Shown: positions 20,470 to 29,170 of the stretch, one piece after another
Layout of the letters: each line of letters starts with the position of its first letter
Numbering within the stretch: the stretch's first letter is position 1
Assembly (NCBI RefSeq): GCF_000010065.1
Contig: NC_006576.1
Coordinates: 2,160,001 to 2,192,000, forward strand
Origin: Synechococcus elongatus PCC 6301
Lineage (GTDB): Bacteria > Cyanobacteriota > Cyanobacteriia > Synechococcales > Synechococcaceae
Reading direction: 5' to 3'
Length of the DNA stretch: 32,000 bases
The notes under the pieces: model-generated
What the model was told of the DNA's origin: nothing
Seen by the model: the letters and a program-made list of their open reading frames with translations, nothing else
Databases searched by the model: none
Translations under genes and position numbers: made by a program

Positions 20470-21264
20470 ATGATCAGCAGCTTGGGCATCATTGGCGGTG
20501 GCGTGATGGGAGAAGCCTTGCTCGCCCGACTGTTGGCCCAAGGACAGGTGGCCGCGACGGCCGTTACTGTCAGTGAACCCTTTGCTGCTCGGTGTGAGTT
20601 CCTGAACGATCGCTACGGCGTTCGTTGCGTTGATGACAATGCTGAAGCTGCTCAGGCTGATTGGGTTTTGCTGGCGATCAAACCTCAGGTCTTTGATCCG
20701 GCAGTGGCAGGCCTAGCAAATTTGCGCAGCGATCGTTTGATCCTGTCGATCTTGGCAGGAGTACCTTTGGCCAAGCTGGAGGCTGCTTTTCCGCATGAAG
20801 CGGTGATTCGGGCCATGCCGAACACGCCGGCGACGGTGGGTGCTGGGGTAACGGCGATCGCAGCTGGACAGCAGGTAACGGCGGATCAGCTCAGCCAAGC
20901 ACAGGAATTTTTTGCGGCAGTCGGTCGCGTTGTCACCGTACCGGAATCGCAATTGGATGCCGTGACAGGACTGTCTGGTTCCGGCCCCGGCTATGTCGCT
21001 CTGATTGTTGAAGCCCTCAGTGATGGCGGTGTCGCTGCTGGTCTGCCCCGCGCGATCGCGACTGAACTGGCGATTCAAACGGTGCGGGGAACGGCGGAAT
21101 TGCTCCAAGAAACCGGCTGGCATCCGGGCGAACTCAAAGATCGCGTCTGTAGCCCCGGCGGTACCACAATTGCGGGGGTAGCGACCCTTGAACAAAATGG
21201 ACTGCGATCTGCCCTGATCGAAGCGGTCAAAGCAGCAGCGCTGCGATCGCAACAATTGGGCTAG
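20470..21264 (+). CDS. proC: pyrroline-5-carboxylate reductase
   Basis: LGIIGGGVMGEALL, LLAIKPQVFD, VIRAMPNTPATVGAGVTAI, LTGLSGSGPGYVALIVEALSDGGVAAGLPR. Confidence 0.95.
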   Translation: MISSLGIIGGGVMGEALLARLLAQGQVAATAVTVSEPFAARCEFLNDRYGVRCVDDNAEAAQADWVLLAIKPQVFDPAVAGLANLRSDRLILSILAGVPLAKLEAAFPHEAVIRAMPNTPATVGAGVTAIAAGQQVTADQLSQAQEFFAAVGRVVTVPESQLDAVTGLSGSGPGYVALIVEALSDGGVAAGLPRAIATELAIQTVRGTAELLQETGWHPGELKDRVCSPGGTTIAGVATLEQNGLRSALIEAVKAAALRSQQLG

Positions 21265-21273
21265 GTGCCTGCC

Positions 21274-21906
21274 TTAACGATTGGTTGATAGCCGTTGTCC
21301 AATGCGGGGTTCTTCACCCCGCCGTAGGCGATCGAGGTTGCTCCGGTGCCGGTAGATCACGTAAATCCCAGAAGCGATACCCAGAATCTTGTTTGGTAGG
21401 GGTTCCGGCAAGATCAGCATCAAGACGATGACAGTAATGGCCCCGGCGATCGAGCCAAGCGAGACAATCCGAAATAGGGCTAGGAGCAGGAGGAAAGCGC
21501 CGAATCCTGACAGCCCAACCACGGGCGATAAGGCGAGGAGTACGCCTAAGCTAGTGGCAACAGATTTGCCACCCCGAAAACTGAGCCAAACCGGCAGGCT
21601 GTGACCGACGACAGCAATGATCGCGGCAAAGGCAGCAAGCCAAGCGATCGCACTCGGATCGAGTCCATTGGTAGAGGCGATCGCCCGTGCCGCAACAACT
21701 GCCAGGACACCCTTGAGAATGTCGGTGATGAACACCACCAAGGCTGGACCCTTGCCCAGCACCCGTAGGACATTGGTGGCTCCAGTCGAACCAGATCCTT
21801 CCTTGCGAATGTCAATGCCCTTGAGCCAGCGGCCAGCCAGATAGCCTGCTGGGAAGGAGCCCAAAAGGTAGGCAAGCAGCGCGATCGCGACAACACTGAG
21901 CAACAT
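21274..21906 (-). CDS. plsY: glycerol-3-phosphate acyltransferase PlsY
   Basis: [79 protein letters not shown]. Confidence 0.95.
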   Translation of the reverse strand: MLLSVVAIALLAYLLGSFPAGYLAGRWLKGIDIRKEGSGSTGATNVLRVLGKGPALVVFITDILKGVLAVVAARAIASTNGLDPSAIAWLAAFAAIIAVVGHSLPVWLSFRGGKSVATSLGVLLALSPVVGLSGFGAFLLLLALFRIVSLGSIAGAITVIVLMLILPEPLPNKILGIASGIYVIYRHRSNLDRLRRGEEPRIGQRLSTNR

Positions 21907-21983
21907 GGGTCTGGGTCAGAAGTCTGGACACTACCTTATTACGCGGCGTGAGCTTGCGGATCTGGACTTGGTAACAAACAACA

Positions 21984-22010
21984 AAGCCGACTGTCTCAGA
22001 CAACCGGCTT
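21984..22010 (-). terminator. terminator of the DUF2949-like gene
   Basis: AAGCCG-AC-TGTCT-C-AGACA-AC-CGGCTT nested stems; on the minus strand followed by TGTTGTTTGTT. Confidence 0.6.
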
Positions 22011-22045
22011 GAGGAGGAGAAGCTGGGCTGGAGGTGCGATCGCTC

Positions 22046-22285
22046 CTAGGCGGCAGCTTCCATCCAGTCGTAGATCTGTTCCAGTTCTTGCAGGTTCACC
22101 AAGCCGTAGCGCCAGAGCACCATTGGGATCGGGCCTTGTTCTTGCTCGCTATGACGGACGGCCATTTCAATCGAGGCATCCGGCAGAGCCAATTCTTCCT
22201 GCAGGAAACGAATCAGCTCAGGCTTCGCTGCAGCGATCGGGGTATTGAGGCTGGATTCGTTGCCCGGGAAGGGAATGAAACTCAT
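22046..22285 (-). CDS. DUF2949-like small cyanobacterial protein
   Basis: ELIRFLQEELALPDASIEMAVRHSEQEQGPIPMVLWRYGLVNLQELEQIYDWMEAAA; ATG (MSFIPFPGNE) inside the longer ORF 22046..22423. Confidence 0.7.
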   Translation of the reverse strand: MSFIPFPGNESSLNTPIAAAKPELIRFLQEELALPDASIEMAVRHSEQEQGPIPMVLWRYGLVNLQELEQIYDWMEAAA

Positions 22286-22329
22286 GGGAATGTTAGATGG
22301 ATTACCAATGACAATGCTTAGGAGCCCAA

Positions 22330-22357
22330 ATGTTACATCGATGACAAAAAAAGTCAA
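22330..22357 (-). promoter_or_regulatory. candidate promoter for the DUF2949-like gene
   Basis: Minus-strand TTGACT (22357-22352), 16-bp spacer, TAACAT (22335-22330), about 45 bp upstream of the start codon. Confidence 0.4.
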
Positions 22358-22487
22358 GCGATGTGCATTCAGAGTAGTGCAGCCTGTGGGAAGCGATCGC
22401 CAAACTGCAAACGAAAGCAACAAAGCAATAGCGTTCAGTGCGCCGATGTTAACAGTCCTGCCGGATTTGCCAAGGGAGCAAAAGTGC

Positions 22488-23732
22488 CTAGTGGCTCTTG
22501 AGTTGAATGCGCTGTACCCATTGCCCCGTCATCACCTTGAGGGCGAGAGTCCGAAGCAGGGGCACATGGCGCAGGAGCCACAGCCCCAGACGGCGTAACT
22601 GGACGAGGGGCCAGAAATGATTGGAGAAGAGGCGATCGAGCAGATCGGTAAAGCCCAAGATCAGCCAAGTTTCGCGTTTGCGACGGCGTTCGTAGCGCTG
22701 GAGTAGTGATAGTCGGCCGAGATCTTTGCGGCGACGGCGATCGCTAGTCAAGGTTTCAATCAGGGCGCCCGCATCCTGAATGCCGAGGTTCAGCCCTTGG
22801 CCCCCCACCGGATGGCAGCAATGCGCGGCATCACCAACGAGGGCAAGGCGGTGCTGGACGTAGCGGCGGCTTTGGCGCAGTTGCACCGGAAAGATGCGGC
22901 GATCGCTGAGCAAACGCAGTTGTCCGTAGCGATCGCCAAAGGGTTGCCGTAGTTGTTGGAGAAATTCTGACTCGGGGAGATCCCGCAACTGTTGTGCCTG
23001 AGCATGGGGTGCCGTCCAGACGATCTGAGCGCGATCGCCCGGTAGGGGCAGAACGGCAAAGGGGCCACTCTTACGGAAACATTCCTGGGCAACGCCCTGA
23101 TGCGATCGCTCGAGGCCAACCACTGCCGTCAGACAGGACTGCCAGTAGGCCCAGCCATCCCGCCGAATGCCGCAAGCCTCGCGCAGAGGGGAGTTGGGGC
23201 CATCAGCCGCGACAACCAGTTGGCTTTGCCACTGCTGTTGAATGCCATCGCGTTCGAGGAGCAGTGTGGCTTGGTGGGTGTCGAGGTTGACTTCCAGTAG
23301 TTGCGTTGAGGGCAGCCAAGTAAGGTTGGGCAGCGACTCAAACTGCTCGTAGAGCGTTTCCAGCAGGACCCGATGTTCGGCTACGTAGCCAAGGCTCTGC
23401 GATCGCTGCAAATCCTTCGGCAACAGGCGTACGGATTTGGGAAGCGCTGTGTCGCTGAGCTGAATTTCTTGGAAAGGTTGAATGCGGGGCAGCAAAGTTT
23501 CCCACAGTCCCAACTGCTCCAGTAAATCGGCGGCGGCCAAGGTCAGAGCATAGGCGCGATCGCGTTTCAGGACTGCCGCAGGAGATTGGGCCTCAACTAG
23601 GGCAACCCGCAATCCTTGGCGGGCTAAGCCATAGGTGACCAAGCTGCCGACAATGCCTGCTCCAACGACAACGACATCGGTGGTCAGCGATCGCGACGAC
23701 ACAAGATCAGTGGGGTTGGCCTCAGTCAGCAT
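22488..23732 (-). CDS. FAD-dependent hydroxylase, UbiH/UbiF/VisC/COQ6 family
   Basis: DVVVVGAGIVGSLVTYGLARQGLRVALVE, QLVVAADGPNSPLR, RLALVGDAAHCCHPVGGQGLNLGIQDAGALIE. Confidence 0.9.
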   Translation of the reverse strand: MLTEANPTDLVSSRSLTTDVVVVGAGIVGSLVTYGLARQGLRVALVEAQSPAAVLKRDRAYALTLAAADLLEQLGLWETLLPRIQPFQEIQLSDTALPKSVRLLPKDLQRSQSLGYVAEHRVLLETLYEQFESLPNLTWLPSTQLLEVNLDTHQATLLLERDGIQQQWQSQLVVAADGPNSPLREACGIRRDGWAYWQSCLTAVVGLERSHQGVAQECFRKSGPFAVLPLPGDRAQIVWTAPHAQAQQLRDLPESEFLQQLRQPFGDRYGQLRLLSDRRIFPVQLRQSRRYVQHRLALVGDAAHCCHPVGGQGLNLGIQDAGALIETLTSDRRRRKDLGRLSLLQRYERRRKRETWLILGFTDLLDRLFSNHFWPLVQLRRLGLWLLRHVPLLRTLALKVMTGQWVQRIQLKSH

Positions 23733-23833
23733 GGATAGGCACCACTCCAGCAGGGGACAGCTTTATTTTCAACGCTTCTCAGGAAAGCAGGGGGCGATCG
23801 CGATAATAAGCAGAGAGAATTCTGGGCGTTTCC

Positions 23834-24775
23834 ATGACGGCTACGACGGTAAAACCGATGGGGCTTGCCTCTCGTTTGGTCAGTGGCATCCTCCAGATTC
23901 AGCCACTCTTCAACATCGCGCGCAAACGAGCGCGATCGATGATGGTGCAACGTGCTAGCCAGATCGGCGTCGATTGGCCGGCCAGAACTGCAGCCCTGCG
24001 TCAACGTCAGAGCGAGCAGTCGTTTTCGCCGGATTGGGAACAGGATCTGCAGGCGCTAACCAATCCTGATCTCCAATACCCGAGCTACTACGTCGCACCC
24101 TTTCATGCCTATCCCGAGGGCAACTTGGGCTGGGAACCGGCGATGGAAGTGGAAGTGGCGGCGCTCTCCGTCCATGCCCGCATTTGGCCCGAGGCGGGTG
24201 CCCAAGGCGATGCTCAACTCCGCGCCAGCTATCACCAAGTTTTGAAAGAGCATCTGCCGACTGCACCCCAGCGGATTTTGGACATTGGCTGCAGTGTTGG
24301 CATGAGCACCTTCACGTTGCAAGACACGTTCCCGCAAGCAGCGATCGCGGGTCTCGATCTTTCGCCCTATTTCCTTGCCGTCGCGAAATATCAGGCAGAA
24401 CAGGCGGGGCGATCGATTCAATGGCACCATGCCGCAGCGGAAGCGACAGGACTGCCGGATCAAAGCTTTGATCTCATTTCTGCTTGCCTGGTCTTTCACG
24501 AACTACCGGCTCAAGCAGCACAAGACATCCTCAAAGAGGCGCGACGCTTGCTGCCGGTCGGCGGTCACATTGCTCTGATGGACATGAATCCGCAGTCGGA
24601 TGTGTTTGCCAAAATGCCACCCTACATCCTGACGCTGCTGAAGAGCACCGAGCCTTACATCGACGAATATTTCAGTTTGGACTTGGATGCGGTTTTCCAA
24701 GCGGCGGGGTTCACGACTCCGACTCGGATCTGCAACAGTCCCCGCCACCACACGCTGATTGCCCAGGCGATTTAA
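23834..24775 (+). CDS. class I SAM-dependent methyltransferase
   Basis: RILDIGCSVGMSTFTLQDTFPQAAIAGLDLSPYFLAVAKYQ, FDLISACLVFHELP, RRLLPVGGHIALMDMNP. Confidence 0.9.
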   Translation: MTATTVKPMGLASRLVSGILQIQPLFNIARKRARSMMVQRASQIGVDWPARTAALRQRQSEQSFSPDWEQDLQALTNPDLQYPSYYVAPFHAYPEGNLGWEPAMEVEVAALSVHARIWPEAGAQGDAQLRASYHQVLKEHLPTAPQRILDIGCSVGMSTFTLQDTFPQAAIAGLDLSPYFLAVAKYQAEQAGRSIQWHHAAAEATGLPDQSFDLISACLVFHELPAQAAQDILKEARRLLPVGGHIALMDMNPQSDVFAKMPPYILTLLKSTEPYIDEYFSLDLDAVFQAAGFTTPTRICNSPRHHTLIAQAI

Positions 24776-26703
24776 GCCTTAGGCCAGTTAGCGATCGCCA
24801 CCGGTTCGATTTCGTCTGCAAGGTCGAAGCCGAAGATTTGGCTGTAGAAGTACAGCTCCCCTTCCAGCGATCGCTTGATGTTAGCAGCCTGCCGGAAGCC
24901 GTGCTGTTCCTCGGGGAAGAGCACATAGGCGACAGGCAGGCCTTTGGCTTTGAGTGCGGCGACCATGGTTTCTGCCTGCGCCGGTGGCACAACTTTGTCT
25001 TCCAAACCTTGGAAGAAAATCACAGGGCAGTTGAGCTGCTCGACGTGGTGAATCGGCGATCGCTCGCGGTAAAGATCCGCCGCCTCGGGCCAAGGGCCAA
25101 TCAAGCCATCGAGGTAGCGGGACTCAAATTTGTGGGTGTCTTCAGCGAGGGCTTTGAGGTCGCCAATGCCATAGCGGCTCGCTCCGGCTTTGAAAACATC
25201 GGTGAAGGTCAGGGCACAGAGCGTTGTGTAGCCGCCCGCGCTACCACCATCAATGCAGAGGCGATCGCCATCCACTAGCCCTTGATCGGCTAACCACTGG
25301 GCACCAGCGGCGCAATCTTCAACATCGACAATGCCCCACTGCCCTTGCAGGGCATCGCGATAGGGGCGGCCATAGCCCGTGCTACCGCCGTAATCGACAT
25401 CAAGCACAGCGATACCGCGACTCGTCCAGTACTGAATGCCAAGGCTAAGGCTGCTGCGAGTTTGCGCCGTCGGGCCGCCATGACTTTTGACCAGTAGCGG
25501 CGGTTTCTCGCCCGCAGGCGCTCGGTAGTCCGGATTATTCGGCGGGTAGAAGTGACCGTATGCCACCCGACCATTGGCACTCGGGAAACTAATGCTCTGG
25601 GGAATCGAGAGATAGCGCGGGTCGAGATCCAAGCTGGAGCTGGACTTGAGGACTTGCCACTCGCCACTGCTGATTTGCAGTTCAATCACCGCACCCGGGC
25701 GATCGGTATTGGCTGCCGTAAATAAAGCGCGATCGCCTTCTACAACTAAGCCAGAGATATCCGTGAACGGCAGATCAAATGGCTTCAGGCTGCCCGTGGC
25801 GAGATCCACTAGCGAGAGCGACCAGTGCCCTGCCCTTGTAGAAGCGGCCAACCAGCGATCGCCATCGATCGGTGCCCAAGTGCGCATACCAAACACCCAT
25901 TGGGGCAGGCCAAATTCCGCCTCAGTGGGCGCGATCGCCTGCGTGTTCTGACCATCCCAGCTGTAGAGATTCCACCAGCTGCTGCGATCGGAGACAAAGC
26001 CCAAACGCCCATCCGGCAGCCATTCCGGCTGAAACACCGACTCGCGATCGCCTCCTGCAACTTTCTGCGGCGTGGCCAGCGACCCATCGGCTAGGAACTC
26101 CGCCACCCACAACTCGGTGCCATCCCAGGGCATATTCGGGTGCGACCAAGTCAGCCAAGCCAGCCGTTGCCCATCGGCACTGAGGCGCGGCGATGCATAG
26201 AAGTCCGCTCCGATCGTGAGAATCTGCCCTTCACTGGGTTCGCCAGTCAGAGGAATCGCTACGATCGCATCGATCGCTTCGCCCTCCGGTCGGTGATCTT
26301 CGCGGACGCCAATCCAGCGCTGCCGCTGGCGATCGATCAGACCATCTGCAAATTTCAGCGGTAGCTCCGGCGTCAACGGCTGCGGATCTTGCCCCAGAAT
26401 CAGGCGATAGAGCCGCTGATCCTTGTCGTGGCTGAAGTAGACCTCGCCCTGATCGATGCAGTAGGAGCCGCCGCCATACTCATGGGCTCGAGTGCGAACG
26501 TTCCACGGTGTCGGAGTTAGTTCTTCAATCTGTCCTGTCGCGGATTGGCGAATCAATGTCGTACGGCCGCGTTCCGTGGGGCGCGACTCCAGCCAGTAGC
26601 GATCGCCCCCTGACAGCATCACACCGCTCAATCCAACACTGCCTTGCACAATCAGGTCGGCACTGATCGGCGATCGCCAAGAACCGTAGGCAGCCGTGAT
26701 CAT
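24772..26703 (-). CDS. S9 family (prolyl oligopeptidase-like) peptidase
   Basis: N-terminal beta-propeller-like repeats; catalytic GGSAGGYTTL, FFQGLEDKVVPPAQAE and FPEEQHGFR motifs. Confidence 0.93.
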   Translation of the reverse strand: MITAAYGSWRSPISADLIVQGSVGLSGVMLSGGDRYWLESRPTERGRTTLIRQSATGQIEELTPTPWNVRTRAHEYGGGSYCIDQGEVYFSHDKDQRLYRLILGQDPQPLTPELPLKFADGLIDRQRQRWIGVREDHRPEGEAIDAIVAIPLTGEPSEGQILTIGADFYASPRLSADGQRLAWLTWSHPNMPWDGTELWVAEFLADGSLATPQKVAGGDRESVFQPEWLPDGRLGFVSDRSSWWNLYSWDGQNTQAIAPTEAEFGLPQWVFGMRTWAPIDGDRWLAASTRAGHWSLSLVDLATGSLKPFDLPFTDISGLVVEGDRALFTAANTDRPGAVIELQISSGEWQVLKSSSSLDLDPRYLSIPQSISFPSANGRVAYGHFYPPNNPDYRAPAGEKPPLLVKSHGGPTAQTRSSLSLGIQYWTSRGIAVLDVDYGGSTGYGRPYRDALQGQWGIVDVEDCAAGAQWLADQGLVDGDRLCIDGGSAGGYTTLCALTFTDVFKAGASRYGIGDLKALAEDTHKFESRYLDGLIGPWPEAADLYRERSPIHHVEQLNCPVIFFQGLEDKVVPPAQAETMVAALKAKGLPVAYVLFPEEQHGFRQAANIKRSLEGELYFYSQIFGFDLADEIEPVAIANWPKA

Positions 26704-26844
26704 CAGGGAGTCTCCATCGCTTTCTCCACTCTGCCATCTGGCTGGAGCTGGCTTTAGAGCGATCGCCCCTCCGAGGGCTTGCCAGCCGTTCCATCTCCGC
26801 TGATGATGGGGCCACTTTCTGCTCTTCCTGCCTGATCAGACCTA

Positions 26845-27717
26845 ATGCAACTTGCAGTGCTGGATCGCTTGCGTCTGCCCGGCTTTACCGGCGCTACTTT
26901 TGCGGCGCGGCTGGCGCGGTGGGGACTGGGCATCAGCCTGATCTACGTACTGATTGCGATCGCGGCACCACTCTTGCAGGCTTGGGGCTGGCTCCAAAAT
27001 CCGACGGAAGCGTTGCTCAATCCCATCCATGCCGCGCCCTCTTGGCAGCATTGGTTTGGCACAACGCGGCAGGGCTATGACGTCTTTTCACGGACGCTGT
27101 TTGGGACGCGAGTCGCTCTGCAGGTCGTTTTGCTGGGAACGAGTTTGAGTTTGGTGATCGGGGTGCCACTGGGCTTGATTGCCGGTTACTGGGGCGGTTG
27201 GCTCGATCGCGCCCTGGTTTTTTTGATGGACGTAATCTACACGCTGCCCGGCCTGCTGCTGTCGATCACGTTGGCTTTTGTGGTGGGACGCGGCGTGCCC
27301 AATGCAGCGATCGCCCTCAGCATTGCCTACGTGCCGCAGTACTTTCGAGTCGTGCGCAACCAAACGGCGAGTGTCAAAAGCGAACCCTACATCGAGGCGG
27401 CGCGATCGCTGGGGGCTTCGACCCCGCACATTTTGCGCAAGTACTTGGTCGCCAACGTCATCCAAAGCGTGCCGGTGCTATTCACCTTGAACGCAGCCGA
27501 TGCCGTCTTGATTCTGGGTGGTTTGGGCTTTCTGGGCTTAGGTCTACCGGAGGCAGTTCCCGAGTGGGGCTACGACCTACGGCAGGCACTGGACGCTCTG
27601 CCTACAGGCATTTGGTGGACGGCGCTCTTTCCGGGCTTGGCGATGACTCTGCTCGTCGTGGCGCTGTCGCTGCTAGGCGAAGGCCTGGGTGAAACCCTGC
27701 AACCCAAGCGGCGCTAG
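26845..27717 (+). CDS. ABC transporter permease (OppC/DppC-like)
   Basis: HWFGTTRQGYDVFSRTLFGTRVALQVVLLGTSLSLVIGVPLGLIAGYWGGWLD and EAARSLGASTPHILRKYLVANV EAA-loop. Confidence 0.9.
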   Translation: MQLAVLDRLRLPGFTGATFAARLARWGLGISLIYVLIAIAAPLLQAWGWLQNPTEALLNPIHAAPSWQHWFGTTRQGYDVFSRTLFGTRVALQVVLLGTSLSLVIGVPLGLIAGYWGGWLDRALVFLMDVIYTLPGLLLSITLAFVVGRGVPNAAIALSIAYVPQYFRVVRNQTASVKSEPYIEAARSLGASTPHILRKYLVANVIQSVPVLFTLNAADAVLILGGLGFLGLGLPEAVPEWGYDLRQALDALPTGIWWTALFPGLAMTLLVVALSLLGEGLGETLQPKRR

Positions 27718-27727
27718 GCTAAGGGCT

Positions 27728-29170
27728 ATGGGGCTTGGCGATGCTGATTTACTCGATTACCTCCGTTGTGCGCGGCGGCTCTATCTGAATCGCTGGGGCG
27801 ATCGCCAGCAGGCTGAAGCCCCCAATGCTTACCTGCAACGGTTGCGTCGTCTTGCTTTGGAACGCCGGCGAGATGTGGCCGCGGAATGGCAGGCGATCGC
27901 GGTGGATCCGAGCGATCGCGCCGCCTCCACCCTCGATTTGATGGCTCAAGGTGTTGACTGTATTGAGGGCGGACGGCTCCAGGTGGAACCCCATTGGGCA
28001 GACCCGGATTTGTTGGTGCGCCAGCCCGGACAGTCGATTTGGGGCGATTGGATCTATCAGCCGGTGGCTGTCAAACTGGCCAAAAAGCCGAAGACGGAAT
28101 ATCTGCTGCAGCTAGCCTTTCAAGCAGAATTGCTGACTAGCATTCAAGGCGTTTGGCCTGAACAGGGTTGGCTGCTGCTGCGGGATTGCCATCCCAAGGC
28201 CTACAACCTCGATCTGCGGCGATCGCAATTACAAGAACATTTGGCGGCCTGTGCGCCGATTTTGCAGAATCAGCAGGAACCGGAGCTGTTCATCAGCCGG
28301 AGTCGCTGCGATCTCTGTGTCTGGCAAACGGACTGTCGCGATCGCGCCCGCGATCAAGTCCATCTGTCACTCTTGCCCGGGGTATCACCCAGCCGCTTTG
28401 CCATCCTGCGCGATCTCAAGCTGGATCAATTGGAAGCTCTGGCGACCGCCGATCCACAGAGTTTGGCGATCGCGGCGGACTGGGAACTGGGTCTGGCGCA
28501 GCGCTTAGTGCAGCAAGCAGCTGTCTTCCTCAGTCAACAGCCTCAGCCGCTCCAGACCTACGCCTTCCCCGATTCAGATGTTGAGTTTTTCTTTGATATC
28601 GAGGCGCAGCCAGATCTCGATCTCTGTTACCTACATGGGGTGCTGATTCGCGATCGCCGCCAGCCCGAAAGTCAGTTTCGCCCCTTGTTAGCTGAGCAGC
28701 CTGACCAAGAGGCAGACACGTGGCAACAACTGCTGCAATTACTCGATCGCCATCCGCAAGCGCCGGTCTATCACTTCTGCAGCTTTGAAGTCGACAGCTT
28801 GCGGCGTTTGGGTCAGCGCTATGGTTGCTCAACTCGACGCTTAGAAGCGTTACTGACGCGCTTCATCGACATCCATGCCGTGCTAACTCGCAGCGTGCTG
28901 CTGCCCACCGAAAGCTATGCCCTCAAAAGCATTGCCCGCTGGCTGGGTTTCGACTGGCGGGATACCGAGGCAAACGGCTCTCAAGCCATCCTCTGGTACG
29001 ACTACTGGCTAGAAACGGGCGATCGCACTTGGCTCGATCGAATCCTGCTCTACAACGAGGACGACTGCCGAGCGACGGCGATCGTCAAGGATTGGCTCGC
29101 CGAGTTCCTGCGGGAGCCTTGCCTGACTGGCGTTGCTGCTGTCGATGAGGAACAGCCGCTCAGACACTAG
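27728..29170 (+). CDS. TM0106-family RecB-like putative nuclease with a C-terminal RNase H-like domain
   Basis: Cysteine-rich patch SRCDLCVWQTDCRDRA, FFFDIEAQPDLDLCYLHGVLI, VYHFCSFEVDSLRRL, LLYNEDDCRATAIVKDWL. ATG at 27728. Confidence 0.8.
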   Translation: MGLGDADLLDYLRCARRLYLNRWGDRQQAEAPNAYLQRLRRLALERRRDVAAEWQAIAVDPSDRAASTLDLMAQGVDCIEGGRLQVEPHWADPDLLVRQPGQSIWGDWIYQPVAVKLAKKPKTEYLLQLAFQAELLTSIQGVWPEQGWLLLRDCHPKAYNLDLRRSQLQEHLAACAPILQNQQEPELFISRSRCDLCVWQTDCRDRARDQVHLSLLPGVSPSRFAILRDLKLDQLEALATADPQSLAIAADWELGLAQRLVQQAAVFLSQQPQPLQTYAFPDSDVEFFFDIEAQPDLDLCYLHGVLIRDRRQPESQFRPLLAEQPDQEADTWQQLLQLLDRHPQAPVYHFCSFEVDSLRRLGQRYGCSTRRLEALLTRFIDIHAVLTRSVLLPTESYALKSIARWLGFDWRDTEANGSQAILWYDYWLETGDRTWLDRILLYNEDDCRATAIVKDWLAEFLREPCLTGVAAVDEEQPLRH

